This document shows, piece by piece, positions 47,555 to 58,407 of a stretch of 64,000 nt of DNA. The position numbers were made by a program, and so were the translations under genes. The stretch is taken from the NCBI GenBank assembly GCA_963822445.1, contig CAWGHO010000002.1, forward strand, positions 1,728,001 through 1,792,000, read 5' to 3'. Position 1 is the stretch's first letter. Every line of letters begins with the position of its first letter. Under the pieces are notes generated by a model, which was given only the letters and a program-made list of their open reading frames with translations, was not told the DNA's origin and ran no database searches. Source of the DNA: an uncultured Acidobacteriota bacterium. GTDB taxonomy: Bacteria; Acidobacteriota; Thermoanaerobaculia; Gp7-AA8.

Positions 47555-48126
47555 TAGGCTTTCAATGCTGCAAGCCTGGTGCGCGACTCGTCGAAAACTT
47601 CCTGGTGCAGTGACCGCCCGTGCGAGTCCATCGTCACGATGGCCATGAAGTCCTCCACCCACAGATGCCAGATCGCCTCGGGGGACCCGAGATCCATCCA
47701 GTCGACGCCGTCGACGCGCTTGATCGACGCGGCGCACACCTGCGCGGCGCCGCCGATCGCGTGAAGGTAGACCGCGCCGTACTCCTTGCACGCGGCCAGC
47801 GTCTTGGGACCCATGCCCCCTTTGCCGATCACGCCGCGGATCCTGTAATCGCGGATCACCTCGTGCTGGTAGGGCTCCTCGCGAGAGGACGTCGTCGGGC
47901 CGGCGGCTTTGCAGACCCACTGATCGCCTTCCTTCACCATCACCGGACCGCAGTGGTAGATGATCTGCCCTTCCAGGTCGACCGGCGGTTTCACTCCTTC
48001 GTGAATGCGATGGTGGACGGCATCGCGGCCGGTGTAGAGGCGTCCGGTGATGGCCACCGTGTCGCCCACATTCAGCGAGCGGATCGTGGCTTCGTCGATC
48101 GGAGTGTTGAGTTTCACGAGCGCCAT
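47554..48126 (-). CDS. Class I fumarate hydratase beta subunit (two-subunit Fe-S type)
   Basis: ATG 48126; TGRDAVH, IYHCGP, AGPTTSSR, IGKGGMG, DSHG. Confidence 0.9.
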   Translation of the reverse strand: MALVKLNTPIDEATIRSLNVGDTVAITGRLYTGRDAVHHRIHEGVKPPVDLEGQIIYHCGPVMVKEGDQWVCKAAGPTTSSREEPYQHEVIRDYRIRGVIGKGGMGPKTLAACKEYGAVYLHAIGGAAQVCAASIKRVDGVDWMDLGSPEAIWHLWVEDFMAIVTMDSHGRSLHQEVFDESRTRLAALKA

Positions 48127-49034
48127 CAGTACAGCCACTCCGTCACGTTTCCGGTCGCGTTGATGTTCGCGCCGCGGCGGCGGAAGGCCCAGCACATGTA
48201 GGCGATGGAGACGAAGAACGAGGCCGGCAGTCGATTGAGCTTGCCGATCTTGCAGGCCAGGAGGGTGGTCTTGCCGCCGAAGCCCATCGGGCCGATGCCC
48301 GATTGATTCGCTTTTTCGACGACGCGCGCTTCGAGCGCGGCCAGCTCGGGATCGGGATTGCTGTCGTCCATCGTCCGCAGCAGTTGATGCTTGGCCTCGC
48401 CGTAGCCGGTGCCGCGGTCGCCGCCGATGCAGACGCCGAGGATGCCCGGGCCGCAGCCCTGGCCCTGGGCGTTGAGGATGCAGTCGAGGATGGCGTTCTC
48501 CACGCCTTTGAGATCGCGGCCGCCAAGGTCGGGGTGGGGGAGCGAGTACTGCGCGTTCATGTTCTCGCAGCCGCCGCCCTTGAGCATGAGCTTCACTTCG
48601 ACGTAGGGCTTGCGCCACTGATGGAAGTGAAAGACCGGCGAGCCGGGTCCGGTGTTGTCGCCTGTGTTCTTGCCGGTCACGCTGTCGACGCTGTTCTGGC
48701 GCAGATAGCCCTTCTTCGTCGCGGCGCGCACGGCGTCAGTGGCGATCTCCTCGAACTCGATCTGGTCATAGCCGACCGGCGTGTGCACGTAGAAGAGGAT
48801 CGTGCCCGTGTCCTGGCAGAGCGGCAGCGAGCTGTCGCGCGCGAGCACGATGTTGCAGCCGATCACGTCGAGCGCGACGTCGGCGTTCGAGCCCTTCTCC
48901 TCCTGCTTCCGCGCGCCGGTCACCGCGGTGACGACGTCGTCCGGAAGCTGGGTGGACGTGCGGCGGATCAGCTCGAGGATGCTTTCGAAGAGGCTTGCCT
49001 GGGGGGTGGGGCTTTCGATGGGTTGAACGCTCAT
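48126..49034 (-). CDS. Class I fumarate hydratase alpha subunit
   Basis: PLCQDTG, KGGGCEN, GIGPMGFGG, CWAFRR. Confidence 0.9.
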   Translation of the reverse strand: MSVQPIESPTPQASLFESILELIRRTSTQLPDDVVTAVTGARKQEEKGSNADVALDVIGCNIVLARDSSLPLCQDTGTILFYVHTPVGYDQIEFEEIATDAVRAATKKGYLRQNSVDSVTGKNTGDNTGPGSPVFHFHQWRKPYVEVKLMLKGGGCENMNAQYSLPHPDLGGRDLKGVENAILDCILNAQGQGCGPGILGVCIGGDRGTGYGEAKHQLLRTMDDSNPDPELAALEARVVEKANQSGIGPMGFGGKTTLLACKIGKLNRLPASFFVSIAYMCWAFRRRGANINATGNVTEWLY

Positions 49035-49048
49035 GGGGTTACTCCGTC

Positions 49049-49115
49049 GTGTAGTGTGGGCCTCCGGCCTACTTCTGGGTGGGGGACCAAGGTAGGCCGG
49101 AGGCCCACACTACAC
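49049..49115. repeat. Palindromic element (family 2), intergenic copy
   Basis: gtgtagtgtgggcctccggcctac / gtaggccggaggcccacactacac, perfect 24-bp arms. Confidence 0.9.
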
Positions 49116-49122
49116 CGGGAGT

Positions 49123-49773
49123 TTATCCCGGTGCCAGCGCGAACCACCCCGCCACCCCGTGCGCCACGGCCAGCGGCCAGACCCTCCGCCATTTCCAGTA
49201 AACCAGCGCGAAGATGATGCCCAACGGGAGGATCGTCAGTGGTGCGATCGGTCCCTGGTAGGCGTGACAGACGAGACGGATGACGGCGCTGAGCGTCACA
49301 CCGAAAGCCATGCCGTTGTGCTCCGTCGCCCGGACGTTGTACGCGACCTCGAACGTCTCCTCGTAAAGCGGATCGATGGCCAGGAGCAGCAGCACCGCCG
49401 GCCATGTCGCTCGCGCAACGGGTGTCGTGGCATCGCCGGGATCACTGCCGGCGATGGCGATGAACAGCAGGTTGATGCCGGCGATGATCGTCGTGGCGAC
49501 GATGTACAGCGCGACGCCGCTGATGGTCAGCGGCATCGACACCTGCAACCCGAAATCGCGAAGCTTCCAGCCGCGCGCGCGAAGGATGAAGATCGCCAGC
49601 GCGCCGCCGATCAGCTCGAGAGCGACGATCGTGTAGAGCCGCCGGTCATCGAAGAGCAGGATCGTTTCGCGTCGAACGAGACCGTGAATGCTGATCGCCG
49701 CGAACGGGCCGAAGCAGATCAGGTTGATCAGCACGAGCTCCGCGCGCGGTGACAGTCGCTGAAGGATCGCCAT
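49123..49773 (-). CDS. CPBP (Abi/CAAX) intramembrane metalloprotease
   Basis: Multiple TM segments; PLYEE, HAYQG, LAVAHG motifs. Confidence 0.8.
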   Translation of the reverse strand: MAILQRLSPRAELVLINLICFGPFAAISIHGLVRRETILLFDDRRLYTIVALELIGGALAIFILRARGWKLRDFGLQVSMPLTISGVALYIVATTIIAGINLLFIAIAGSDPGDATTPVARATWPAVLLLLAIDPLYEETFEVAYNVRATEHNGMAFGVTLSAVIRLVCHAYQGPIAPLTILPLGIIFALVYWKWRRVWPLAVAHGVAGWFALAPG

Positions 49774-49840
49774 CGCGCGCGGAGTATGACGCGCGTCTTG
49801 CACGCCTCGGAATGGCGGGCAAATTTTACCGGTTAGCTGA

Positions 49841-49861
49841 TGTGAGTCCGATTGACTCAAT
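49841..49861 (+). promoter_or_regulatory. HAIR-like operator upstream of clpB
   Basis: tgTGAGT-N7-ACTCAAt versus HspR consensus CTTGAGT-N7-ACTCAAG; 13 nt before the ATG. Confidence 0.7.
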
Positions 49862-49874
49862 GTGAGGTAAACCG

Positions 49875-52493
49875 ATGAATTTCAACAAGCTAACAGTCAA
49901 AGCCCAGGAAGCGGTGGTCGAGGCCCAGAACCTCGCCCGCGGCGCAGGCAACCCCGAAGTCACCCCCGAGCACCTGCTGCTCGAGCTCGTCCGGCAGGAC
50001 GGCGGGATCGTCTCCCCGATCCTGAACAAGCTCGGCGTTGCGCCGGGGACGATCGAGGCGGAAGTCGCGGCCGAGGTCGCCAAATACTCAAAAGTCGGCG
50101 GCGCGTCGGCGGAGCCGATGGTCTCCAGCTCCCTCCGCAAGGTCTTCGACTCGGCCTTCTCCTCGGCCGAAACCTTCAACGACGAGTACGTCTCCACCGA
50201 GCACCTGCTACTCGCGATCTCGGACAACAAGAACACCACCGCGTCCCAGATCCTCCGGCGTCACGGCATCGTCCCCGACGCAGTGCTCAAGGCCCTGCAG
50301 TCCGTCCGCGGAACGCAGCGCGTCACCGACCAGAATCCGGAAGACAAATACCAGGCCCTCGAAAAGTACGCCAAGGACCTGACCGCGCTCGCGCGCCGCG
50401 GCAAGCTCGATCCCGTCATCGGCCGCGATGAAGAGATCCGCCGAGTGATCCAGGTGCTGTCCCGCCGCACGAAGAACAATCCCGTGCTGATCGGCGAGCC
50501 GGGCGTCGGCAAGACCGCGATCGTCGAAGGGCTCGCGCGGCGCATTGTTGCCGGTGATGTCCCCGAGGGTCTCAAGAACAAGCGCGTGGTCTCGCTCGAC
50601 CTTGGCGCACTCATCGCCGGCGCGAAATACCGCGGTGAATTCGAGGATCGGCTGAAGGCGGTCATCAAGGAAGTCGAAGAGAGCGAAGGCGCGATCGTCC
50701 TGTTCATCGACGAGCTGCACACGCTCGTCGGCGCCGGCGCCGCGGAAGGGGCGATGGACGCGTCGAACCTGCTCAAGCCTGCGCTGGCTCGCGGCGAATT
50801 GCGCGCGGTCGGTGCGACCACGCTCAACGAATACCAGAAGCACATCGAGAAGGACGCCGCGCTGGAGCGCCGCTTCCAGCCGGTCTACGTCGGCGAGCCG
50901 ACGGTCGAGGACACGATCGCCATCCTTCGCGGTTTGAAGGAGCGGTACGAGATCCATCACAAGGTGGCCATTCAGGATTCGGCGATCGTCGCCGCGGCCA
51001 CGCTTTCCCATCGCTACATCACCGATCGCTTCCTTCCGGACAAAGCGATCGACCTCATCGACGAAGCCGCGTCGCGTCTGCGCATCGAGCTCACCTCGAT
51101 GCCCCAGGAAATCGACGAGCTCACCCGCCGCCTGACCCAACTGCAGATCGAAGAGCAGGCGTTGCAGAAGGAGAAGGACAACCCGGTCACGAAGGCGCGG
51201 CTGGACCACGTCCGCTCGGAGATCGCCGAGCTGCAGGAAAAGATCTCCGGCCTCAAGTCGCAGTGGGACGCGGAGAAGTCGGTCATCAATGACATCAATG
51301 AGTTGAAGAAGAAGCTCGACGACGTGCGCGAGGAGGCGACGCGCCTGGAGCGCGAGGGCGATCTCAATCGCGTCGCTGAGCTGCGTTACGGACAGATCCC
51401 GCAGATGCAGCAGCAGGTTGAAAAGCACACGGCGAAGCTCGCCGAGATGCAGAAGGGCGGCGCGCTGCTGCGCGAAGAGGTGACCGAGGAGGACATCGCC
51501 GAGATCGTGTCGAAGTGGACCGGCGTACCGGTCACCAAGATGCTCGAGTCGGAGATTCAGAAGCTCGTGAAGATGGAGGACAACCTCCGCAAACGGGTCA
51601 TCGGACAGGATGAAGCGGTCACGGCTGTCGCGAACGCAGTCCGCCGCTCACGCGCGGGCCTCAAGGATCCGAACCGGCCCATCGGCTCGTTCATCTTCAT
51701 GGGCCCCACCGGCGTCGGCAAAACCGAACTTGCCCGTGCACTCGCGGAGTTCCTCTTCGACGACGAGAACTCGATGGTCCGCATCGACATGTCGGAGTAC
51801 GGCGAGCGTCACGCGGTCGCACGTCTGATCGGAGCGCCTCCCGGATACGTCGGCTACGAGGAGGGCGGCCAGCTGACTGAAGCGATCCGCCGTCGTCCGT
51901 ACGCGGTGGTGTTGTTCGACGAGATCGAGAAGGCGCATCCGGAAGTGTTCAACGTGTTCCTGCAGATCCTCGACGACGGCCGTCTGACCGATTCGAAGGG
52001 GCGCCAGGTCGATTTCAAGAACACGGTGATCATCATGACGTCCAACGTCGGCTCGCAGTTCATCCACGATTTCTCCAAGGGCGAGATGGCCGAGGAGCAG
52101 ATGCGGCGGATGGTCGAAGGGGAGTTGCACCAGCGCTTCAAACCGGAGTTCCTGAACCGCATCGACGACGTCATCGTCTTCCACTCCCTCGACCTCGGCC
52201 AGATCAAGCAGATCATCGGCATTCAACTGAGGAAGCTGGCGAAGCTGATCGAAGAGCGCGGCCTCGCGATCGAGATCAGCGACGCGGCGAAGGAGCGGAT
52301 TGCCGAGGAGGGCTACGACCCCGCGTTCGGTGCGCGGCCGCTCAAGCGCGCCTTGCAGCGGCTGATCATCGACCCGCTGGCGATCCGTCTGCTGGAAGGG
52401 CAGTTCAAGCCGGGGGACACGGTGTTCGTGAACACGACGCCGGACGGGAAGCTGGAGTTGTCGCTCGAGCCGGAGGCGGCCAGCGTGAACTAG
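49875..52493 (+). CDS. clpB: ATP-dependent chaperone ClpB
   Basis: Two AAA+ modules ([16 protein letters not shown]), coiled-coil M-domain, GARPL; 872 aa. Confidence 0.97.
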   Translation: MNFNKLTVKAQEAVVEAQNLARGAGNPEVTPEHLLLELVRQDGGIVSPILNKLGVAPGTIEAEVAAEVAKYSKVGGASAEPMVSSSLRKVFDSAFSSAETFNDEYVSTEHLLLAISDNKNTTASQILRRHGIVPDAVLKALQSVRGTQRVTDQNPEDKYQALEKYAKDLTALARRGKLDPVIGRDEEIRRVIQVLSRRTKNNPVLIGEPGVGKTAIVEGLARRIVAGDVPEGLKNKRVVSLDLGALIAGAKYRGEFEDRLKAVIKEVEESEGAIVLFIDELHTLVGAGAAEGAMDASNLLKPALARGELRAVGATTLNEYQKHIEKDAALERRFQPVYVGEPTVEDTIAILRGLKERYEIHHKVAIQDSAIVAAATLSHRYITDRFLPDKAIDLIDEAASRLRIELTSMPQEIDELTRRLTQLQIEEQALQKEKDNPVTKARLDHVRSEIAELQEKISGLKSQWDAEKSVINDINELKKKLDDVREEATRLEREGDLNRVAELRYGQIPQMQQQVEKHTAKLAEMQKGGALLREEVTEEDIAEIVSKWTGVPVTKMLESEIQKLVKMEDNLRKRVIGQDEAVTAVANAVRRSRAGLKDPNRPIGSFIFMGPTGVGKTELARALAEFLFDDENSMVRIDMSEYGERHAVARLIGAPPGYVGYEEGGQLTEAIRRRPYAVVLFDEIEKAHPEVFNVFLQILDDGRLTDSKGRQVDFKNTVIIMTSNVGSQFIHDFSKGEMAEEQMRRMVEGELHQRFKPEFLNRIDDVIVFHSLDLGQIKQIIGIQLRKLAKLIEERGLAIEISDAAKERIAEEGYDPAFGARPLKRALQRLIIDPLAIRLLEGQFKPGDTVFVNTTPDGKLELSLEPEAASVN

Positions 52494-52705
52494 CCGGCAC
52501 GGCCGGCTGCGCTGATCGCTGCGCCTTGCGCCGGCCCGAAGCCGAATAGTTGCCGATCGCGCCGGTCGTGCCGCAAGGCGGAGCAACCAGCGCTGGCGGC
52601 CGTGCCGCCCCATGAAATCCCCAGAACTTCCCCGAGACTCCAGCGCCTCCCGGAACGATCATTCCTCGCATGACGAGGTGCTACGATTTCGCCCTTCGCG
52701 ACAAT

Positions 52706-54814
52706 ATGGCTCTCCGCGCCCTGATCGCACTGGCGGTGATCGTTTCGTGCGCCTCCGTCAGCGGCGCGGCTGAACCGTGGCGCGCGGTCGCGACACCGCC
52801 GAAGCCCGGACTTCCGCGCGTCGAAGTCGAATGCGGGTATCCGGGCGGCTACGTCTCCTCCGCCAATACGCCCATCCGCCTGCGGGCCCGGACCGGCGTG
52901 GATGCCTTCGACGGCTACATCGGATTTCACATCAGGGCGGAGGGGCGGCAGACGATGGACGTTCCGGTGATCGCTCGGGCGGTCCTTGCACCGAATTCCG
53001 ACTGGACCTTTTCGACGTGGATCGACGTGCGCGGTACCGAAGAAGGATTGCGGCGTCTCAGCAGCCGCGAGCTGTTCATCGAATGGCGAAATCACCGTAG
53101 CGAAACGGTCGCTTTCCAGGGGATAGGCAAGCCGCCATGGAGTCTTCCGCGGCCGCTGCGCATCTCCGGCGAGGGTGAAGTCGTTGCCAGCGACGTCTAT
53201 CTCGGCGAAACGTCGGTCGTTCTTCCTCCCACCGTTCTATCTGCGGAGCCGATCTGGTACTCCGGTTTCTCGTCGGTCATCGTTTCGACGCAAACCTGGC
53301 TGACGCTCCCCCAGCGCGTCCGCGAAGCGATCTTCCGCTCCGCCATTCGCGTGCATTTCTTCGGTGTTCCCGCGGCCATGCCTGTGATGACGCCGGTCGA
53401 TCGCGCGCTTCTCCCGATCGATCTCCTGCCGCCGCCCGGTGGTCCGGTCGCGGCGCCCTGGCCGTATGTGGGCGACGCCGCCGGGGGTCCGCTCACGTGG
53501 CGAGCGAAGGCCGGCGCGCGCGTCGTCGGATCACCGTCGCTTCCGTACCTCGTCGTGAATGCCGTCGCCGTCTTCGCCGCAAGCGAGGACGCGTTGCGCA
53601 TCCCCATTCCAACGTTCGCGTATCCCGCGCAAGGCGATTACCTCGATCCCCTGGTCTGGCGCACAGGGTTCATGCGGCCCGCGGAGGTCCTGCGCGAGTA
53701 TCGCCCGTTGTTGCTCGTCATTCTGGTCGTGATGATCAGCATCGCCGGTTGGCTGGCGATGCTGCGCGCGGGCAGGACGCTGATTGTGGCCGCGTCGGCG
53801 CTGGTGCTGCTCTCACTGCTGGTCATCGGCGTTCGCGAATGGATCCGTCCGCGGGAAGGACTGCACGTTTACTCGAGCCTCACCCTGGCGGCTCCGGGCG
53901 TGGTCGACATCCGCACCGCGCGCCGGGACTACGGCGTGGCGCCGCGCGCCGTTCCGGAAGCGGACCTCGCCGGATACGCCGGACGCGTGACGCGGCGGAT
54001 CAGCTGGCATTCCGGGGAACTGCGCACCAGCGATACCCCTCCCGGCCTCGGAACGCTCCTCGGCGGCCAGTGGCGCAGCTCACTGCGGCACTCCATCCGC
54101 CGCGAACTGGCGACCCCGGCTTCGATCCGCACCGTCTCATACACGGCGGACGAATACGTGGTCGACTTCGCGTCGGACCGCCCCGTCAACTACGTCGCGG
54201 CGCAATGGACGTGGAAGGGAACGAGGCGCGAAGGCGTCGTCCGCGTCGGCTCGATCTCCCGCGGCCGTGCCGTCGTGCGCGACCGCCGCGAAGTCTGGCC
54301 GAGCATCTGGTGGTGGACGTGGATGGCGCAGGAAGTGCCGGCGAGCGCGACGCCCGAGGACTCGATGACGGGCGCGTCGCGGGTCGTGCTCTTCAACGTG
54401 AAGCGCGATGCGACGACGGTCATCCGATCCATCGATTCATCCACGGCGGTGACCGCGCCTCCGTATCGAATCGCCGCCGATCTTCATCAGGATCGCGGCC
54501 GCACACGTTCGGTGGCGATGGTCCTTCCCGGCCCGACACCCGAGCGCGCGCGAGTGCGCCTGATCCTCAGCCAGATCAGCCCCAATTCTCTGCGGCAGAT
54601 CGACGCGATCACGCTGGAGGGGCCGGCGGGATCGGCGGCGTTCGACCGGAGCACCATGAAGACGGGCCGCGGCCTCGCGGAGATCCGCGCGGAAGAGCTG
54701 CGGCGCATCGCGCCAGTGGGCGGAGTCGTGAAGTTGATCATCGATCCCGGGACGTCCGCGGCCGAGCTCTCTCGGACCAGGGCCACCCTGCTGGTATTGG
54801 AGGAGAAGCAATGA
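52706..54814 (+). CDS. Hypothetical membrane-anchored exported protein (about 700 aa)
   Basis: Signal peptide and two central TM helices; ATGA-coupled to the ABC ATPase. Confidence 0.75.
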   Translation: MALRALIALAVIVSCASVSGAAEPWRAVATPPKPGLPRVEVECGYPGGYVSSANTPIRLRARTGVDAFDGYIGFHIRAEGRQTMDVPVIARAVLAPNSDWTFSTWIDVRGTEEGLRRLSSRELFIEWRNHRSETVAFQGIGKPPWSLPRPLRISGEGEVVASDVYLGETSVVLPPTVLSAEPIWYSGFSSVIVSTQTWLTLPQRVREAIFRSAIRVHFFGVPAAMPVMTPVDRALLPIDLLPPPGGPVAAPWPYVGDAAGGPLTWRAKAGARVVGSPSLPYLVVNAVAVFAASEDALRIPIPTFAYPAQGDYLDPLVWRTGFMRPAEVLREYRPLLLVILVVMISIAGWLAMLRAGRTLIVAASALVLLSLLVIGVREWIRPREGLHVYSSLTLAAPGVVDIRTARRDYGVAPRAVPEADLAGYAGRVTRRISWHSGELRTSDTPPGLGTLLGGQWRSSLRHSIRRELATPASIRTVSYTADEYVVDFASDRPVNYVAAQWTWKGTRREGVVRVGSISRGRAVVRDRREVWPSIWWWTWMAQEVPASATPEDSMTGASRVVLFNVKRDATTVIRSIDSSTAVTAPPYRIAADLHQDRGRTRSVAMVLPGPTPERARVRLILSQISPNSLRQIDAITLEGPAGSAAFDRSTMKTGRGLAEIRAEELRRIAPVGGVVKLIIDPGTSAAELSRTRATLLVLEEKQ

Positions 54815-55743
54815 GCGAACGAGCCATCGTGGCCGCAAACCTCCTGAAGCGGTACGGCGACGTGACCGCCCTTCGCGACACCTCGTTCGAAGTGACGCGC
54901 GGAACGATCACCGGCTTCATCGGCCGCAACGGCGCGGGCAAGACCACGACGCTGAAGATCCTCTCCACGCTGATGCGCGCCGACGACGGCAAGTGCGAGA
55001 TCTTCGGCACCGACGTCCGCACCGCGCGCTACGACCTGCGCCATCGCATCGGATTTCTTCCGGACATCTTCGAGCTACCGGTCTCGCTGAGCCTGCGCGA
55101 GTATCTCGACATCTTCGCGGAGCTGTACGGAATCGCGCGCACGGACCGGCAGAAGCGGGTCAACGCGGCATTGCAGCTGACGCGGAGCGAAGACCTCGCC
55201 GATCGGCGTCTGCACGCGCTCTCCCGCGGCGAACAACAGCGGGTGGGACTGGCGCGCGCGCTGATCCACAATCCCGATCTCCTGCTGCTCGATGAGCCGG
55301 CGGCCGGTCTCGATCCTCACGCGCGCGTCGAGCTCAAGGAACTGCTTCGATTGCTGCGCGAGCGCGGCAAGACGGTCTTTCTCTCGTCGCACGTACTCGC
55401 CGACCTCGAGGAAATCTGCGACGACCTGGTCGTGATCAAGAACGGCAACGTGATCTTCTCCGGATCGGTGGGAGGTTTCCGCCGTCAGATGCGCGCGACT
55501 TCGCGCTGGCGGATCTCCACGGTCAGCGGCCCGATCACCATGCCTCCGAGCGGCTCCGCGCAGGTCGTCGCGGCGAGTAACGGGACCATGGAAGTGGAAG
55601 GCGATTTATCGCCGGCCGAACGTGCGCGGTGGATTGCGAATCTCGTCGCGCAGGGGATCGCCGTCTGCGAGTTGAGTCCGCAGCAGAGCACCCTCGAGCA
55701 GGAGTTCGCCAAAGCGGTCGAAGAAGAAGAGGCGACGGCATGA
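54811..55743 (+). CDS. ABC transporter ATP-binding protein (ABC-2 exporter type)
   Basis: GRNGAGKTT, LSRGEQQR, LLLDEP, SSH. Confidence 0.93.
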   Translation: MSERAIVAANLLKRYGDVTALRDTSFEVTRGTITGFIGRNGAGKTTTLKILSTLMRADDGKCEIFGTDVRTARYDLRHRIGFLPDIFELPVSLSLREYLDIFAELYGIARTDRQKRVNAALQLTRSEDLADRRLHALSRGEQQRVGLARALIHNPDLLLLDEPAAGLDPHARVELKELLRLLRERGKTVFLSSHVLADLEEICDDLVVIKNGNVIFSGSVGGFRRQMRATSRWRISTVSGPITMPPSGSAQVVAASNGTMEVEGDLSPAERARWIANLVAQGIAVCELSPQQSTLEQEFAKAVEEEEATA

Positions 55744-56396
55744 GAGCACTCCTGCGGTACGCGATTCTGAAGACCTCGCGCGAGCAGCTCCTGCCGGCAC
55801 TGCTGTTCGCGCCGGCGGTGGTGTTCCTCGCGCCGCTGATCGGCATAGCCGGATACAACCTGATGCGGGGAGAGGCGGTCTACCCGATGGCCCTCGACAG
55901 ACGCCTCGGCGCGCGCGGCTCGGCGGCGATGATGCTGGAAGTCGTCCTGCTTCTGACGTCAGTCATCGGCGGCGTCGCTGCCTTCCGCATGTTCCGCAGC
56001 GAAGTGAGCGCCAGAACGCTGGGCTTTTTCTACCTCGCAACCCCGCCGCGGATGGTGTCGCTGGCCATGACGCTGTATGGCGCGGTGGTCGGAACGGCGG
56101 CTTATCTGATCGCCGTGGCGATGGTCTCGATCGCGAGCGGGGTCGCGCCGCACAACTTCGGTCGAACGCTCACCATCGCCGTGATCACCTCCGCGTTCAG
56201 CAGTGCCCTCGGCTCGCTGACGCTGGCGATCTCCGACGACTTCACGATGCTCGTGCCGGTGTGCGCGGGCGGTCTGGCCGTTTCCGCCGCGCTGTCGAAA
56301 TGGAACAGCGCGGCCACACTCGGCGCGGCGATCGTCGGCATCGCTCTGGTCATGGCCATTTCTCAGATCGTGTGGGGGCGCCGATGCGTGGTTTAG
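55740..56396 (+). CDS. ABC-2-type permease-like membrane protein
   Basis: ATGA overlap; about six TM helices. Confidence 0.75.
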   Translation: MRALLRYAILKTSREQLLPALLFAPAVVFLAPLIGIAGYNLMRGEAVYPMALDRRLGARGSAAMMLEVVLLLTSVIGGVAAFRMFRSEVSARTLGFFYLATPPRMVSLAMTLYGAVVGTAAYLIAVAMVSIASGVAPHNFGRTLTIAVITSAFSSALGSLTLAISDDFTMLVPVCAGGLAVSAALSKWNSAATLGAAIVGIALVMAISQIVWGRRCVV

Positions 56397-57169
56397 CTCT
56401 GGCCCGATACCACGTGCTTTCCAGGCTCCGCTCGTCGTCGGGCCTGTTCGCGACCGCTCTTGCGCTCGCCGCATTGCCTCTGCTGGTGTTTGGAGCCGTG
56501 CACACGAGTGCAACCGAGGACTGGCGGGAGATCGAAATGGCCCTGCCGCTTCGGGCGGCCGGCCTTCACGCCGTTTACTTCTGGCATTTGCTCGTCCTCG
56601 TCTGTGCCTGCGAACTGTTCGGCACGCCGAAGCAGACGCGGGACGGAATCCGGCGCGCCGATCTGACGGAGACCGCGCCCATCACACCGGCTGAGCGGTT
56701 TTTCGGTGATGCGGCCGGGATCTTCCAGTGCGTCGCGGCGATTCATCTCTGCGCATTGCCGCTGCTCGCTTTGGCGGTGGTTCTCAGTCCGCTGCCGTCG
56801 ACGCGGTTTTTCTGGCTGGAAGGGATCGTTCTGGCGGGCATGGTTTTCGGCAGCGCCGCCGCGTCCTGGAAACTGCGGTCGACGGGCAAGTGGATGCGCA
56901 CGCGCACGCCGCGGAGCGTGGCCCTGTTCTTCATCCTCCTGCTGGGAGTGCTCATGATGAACACGCGGTGGAAGGCCTTCGTCGAAGCGTTCCCCAACGC
57001 CATGGTTCAACCGACGACTTTGTACTGGACAGAGGTGCGGGCCGCGGTGGTCAACATGCCGATGCTGATTGGCTCGCTGGCCGTTCTGTACTTCGGCTAC
57101 ATCCTCTACTACACGCTCAGCTCGATCCGGGCCATCGATCGAGGCGAGGAGAGAACTCATGCTCTGTAA
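56384..57169 (+). CDS. ABC-2-type permease-like membrane protein
   Basis: ATG 56384; about six TM helices; operon position. Confidence 0.72.
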   Translation: MRGLALARYHVLSRLRSSSGLFATALALAALPLLVFGAVHTSATEDWREIEMALPLRAAGLHAVYFWHLLVLVCACELFGTPKQTRDGIRRADLTETAPITPAERFFGDAAGIFQCVAAIHLCALPLLALAVVLSPLPSTRFFWLEGIVLAGMVFGSAAASWKLRSTGKWMRTRTPRSVALFFILLLGVLMMNTRWKAFVEAFPNAMVQPTTLYWTEVRAAVVNMPMLIGSLAVLYFGYILYYTLSSIRAIDRGEERTHAL

Positions 57170-58253
57170 TCTCTGCGGCCGGGACAACCGCGATGCCGCG
57201 AAGTTCTGCGACCGCTGCGGCGGCTCGCTCGACGCCACGGTCACTCGCACGGGCGTCGATCCCGAGCTCGACGCGATCCGCAAGGCGTTCGACGACCGGT
57301 TCACCGTCGAATCGCTCCTGGGCCGCGGCGGAATGGGAAGCGTGTTCAAAGCGCGCGAGCTGACGCTCGACCGTTACGTCGCGCTCAAGATCGTTCCCGA
57401 CGTGCGGCGGCATGACGCGAAGTTCGTCGATCGCTTCCGCCAGGAGGCGCGCATCGCCGCGCGACTCCGCCACCCCCGCATCGTCTCCGTCCACGAGGTC
57501 GGCACGCTCGGCGGCTTCCCCTACTTCTCGATGGACTTCATCGAGGGAAGCACGCTGCGCTCGGTGATCGCCCGTCGCGGGCCTCTGCCGGCCGAGGATG
57601 CGATCTCGGTGACGGTGGAGATCTGCCGGGCGGTCGGACACGCGCATTCGAAAGGGGTCATCCACCGCGACCTCAAGCCCGAGAACGTGATGATCGACAC
57701 GGAAGGCGACGTGTTCGTGATGGATTTCGGCCTGGCCCGCGCCACGGAGGAACCAGGACTCACGCAGAGCGGCGTGATCATGGGCACTCCGTTCTACATG
57801 AGCCCCGAGCAGCTGAACGGCGAGAAGCTCGACGAGCGCAGCGACGTGTATTCGATCGGCCTGATCCTCTATCACTGCCTGACCGGCGAGGATCTGTTCG
57901 CGGCGGACGGCCTTCCGGCCATCCTCGCCAAACACGCAAGTCTGGCGGCCTCCGGCATCGCGAACCACCCGCGCATCCCGGTCAACCTTCAGGAGGTCAT
58001 CGTGTCCATGCTCGAGGAGGACCGCACCATGCGCAGCCGATCGGTGAAGGAAGTGCTGGAGAGACTGACCCTCCGGAAGATCGTCGCCCTCGGCCTGGCA
58101 GCGACGCAGCAGAGCGACCCCGACCTGCCGACGGTTCAATTCGATGACATGCGGCCGCAGGCGCTGCCGGTGGCGTTCGAGGATCCGGTGTTCAGCGCGA
58201 TGGCGGAGCGGAGGAAGACGAGGTTGCGGTCGTTGCTGGACGATATCAGTTGA
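57159..58253 (+). CDS. Hanks-type Ser/Thr protein kinase with an N-terminal zinc ribbon; soluble
   Basis: CNLC..CDRC; GRGGMG, VALK, HRDLKPEN, DFG, GTPFYMSPE. Confidence 0.93.
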   Translation: MLCNLCGRDNRDAAKFCDRCGGSLDATVTRTGVDPELDAIRKAFDDRFTVESLLGRGGMGSVFKARELTLDRYVALKIVPDVRRHDAKFVDRFRQEARIAARLRHPRIVSVHEVGTLGGFPYFSMDFIEGSTLRSVIARRGPLPAEDAISVTVEICRAVGHAHSKGVIHRDLKPENVMIDTEGDVFVMDFGLARATEEPGLTQSGVIMGTPFYMSPEQLNGEKLDERSDVYSIGLILYHCLTGEDLFAADGLPAILAKHASLAASGIANHPRIPVNLQEVIVSMLEEDRTMRSRSVKEVLERLTLRKIVALGLAATQQSDPDLPTVQFDDMRPQALPVAFEDPVFSAMAERRKTRLRSLLDDIS

Positions 58254-58254
58254 A

Positions 58255-58396
58255 TTTATCCCGCGCGCAGACGCGGGATCTCTCCGTGCACTGACGCGAG
58301 CTCCGCCGTGATCGCAACTGGCGGAGCTGCGGTGATCGACGATCGGTCAGTTCTTCGCGGTGTGACCGGAGATCCCGCGTCTGCGCGCGGGATAAA
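58255..58396. repeat. REP/BIME-like inverted repeat (family 1)
   Basis: tttatcccgcgcgcagacgcgggatctc / gagatcccgcgtctgcgcgcgggataaa, perfect arms. Confidence 0.9.
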
Positions 58397-58407
58397 CTTC
58401 AGAAACC

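Noticed and set aside
45608-47557. Long antisense and alternate-frame ORFs (e.g. 45608-47557, 28757-30961, 25896-28271, 58399-60537)
   Set aside because: Arg/Ala/Gly-rich shadow ORFs expected at high GC, opposite or overlapping well-supported genes
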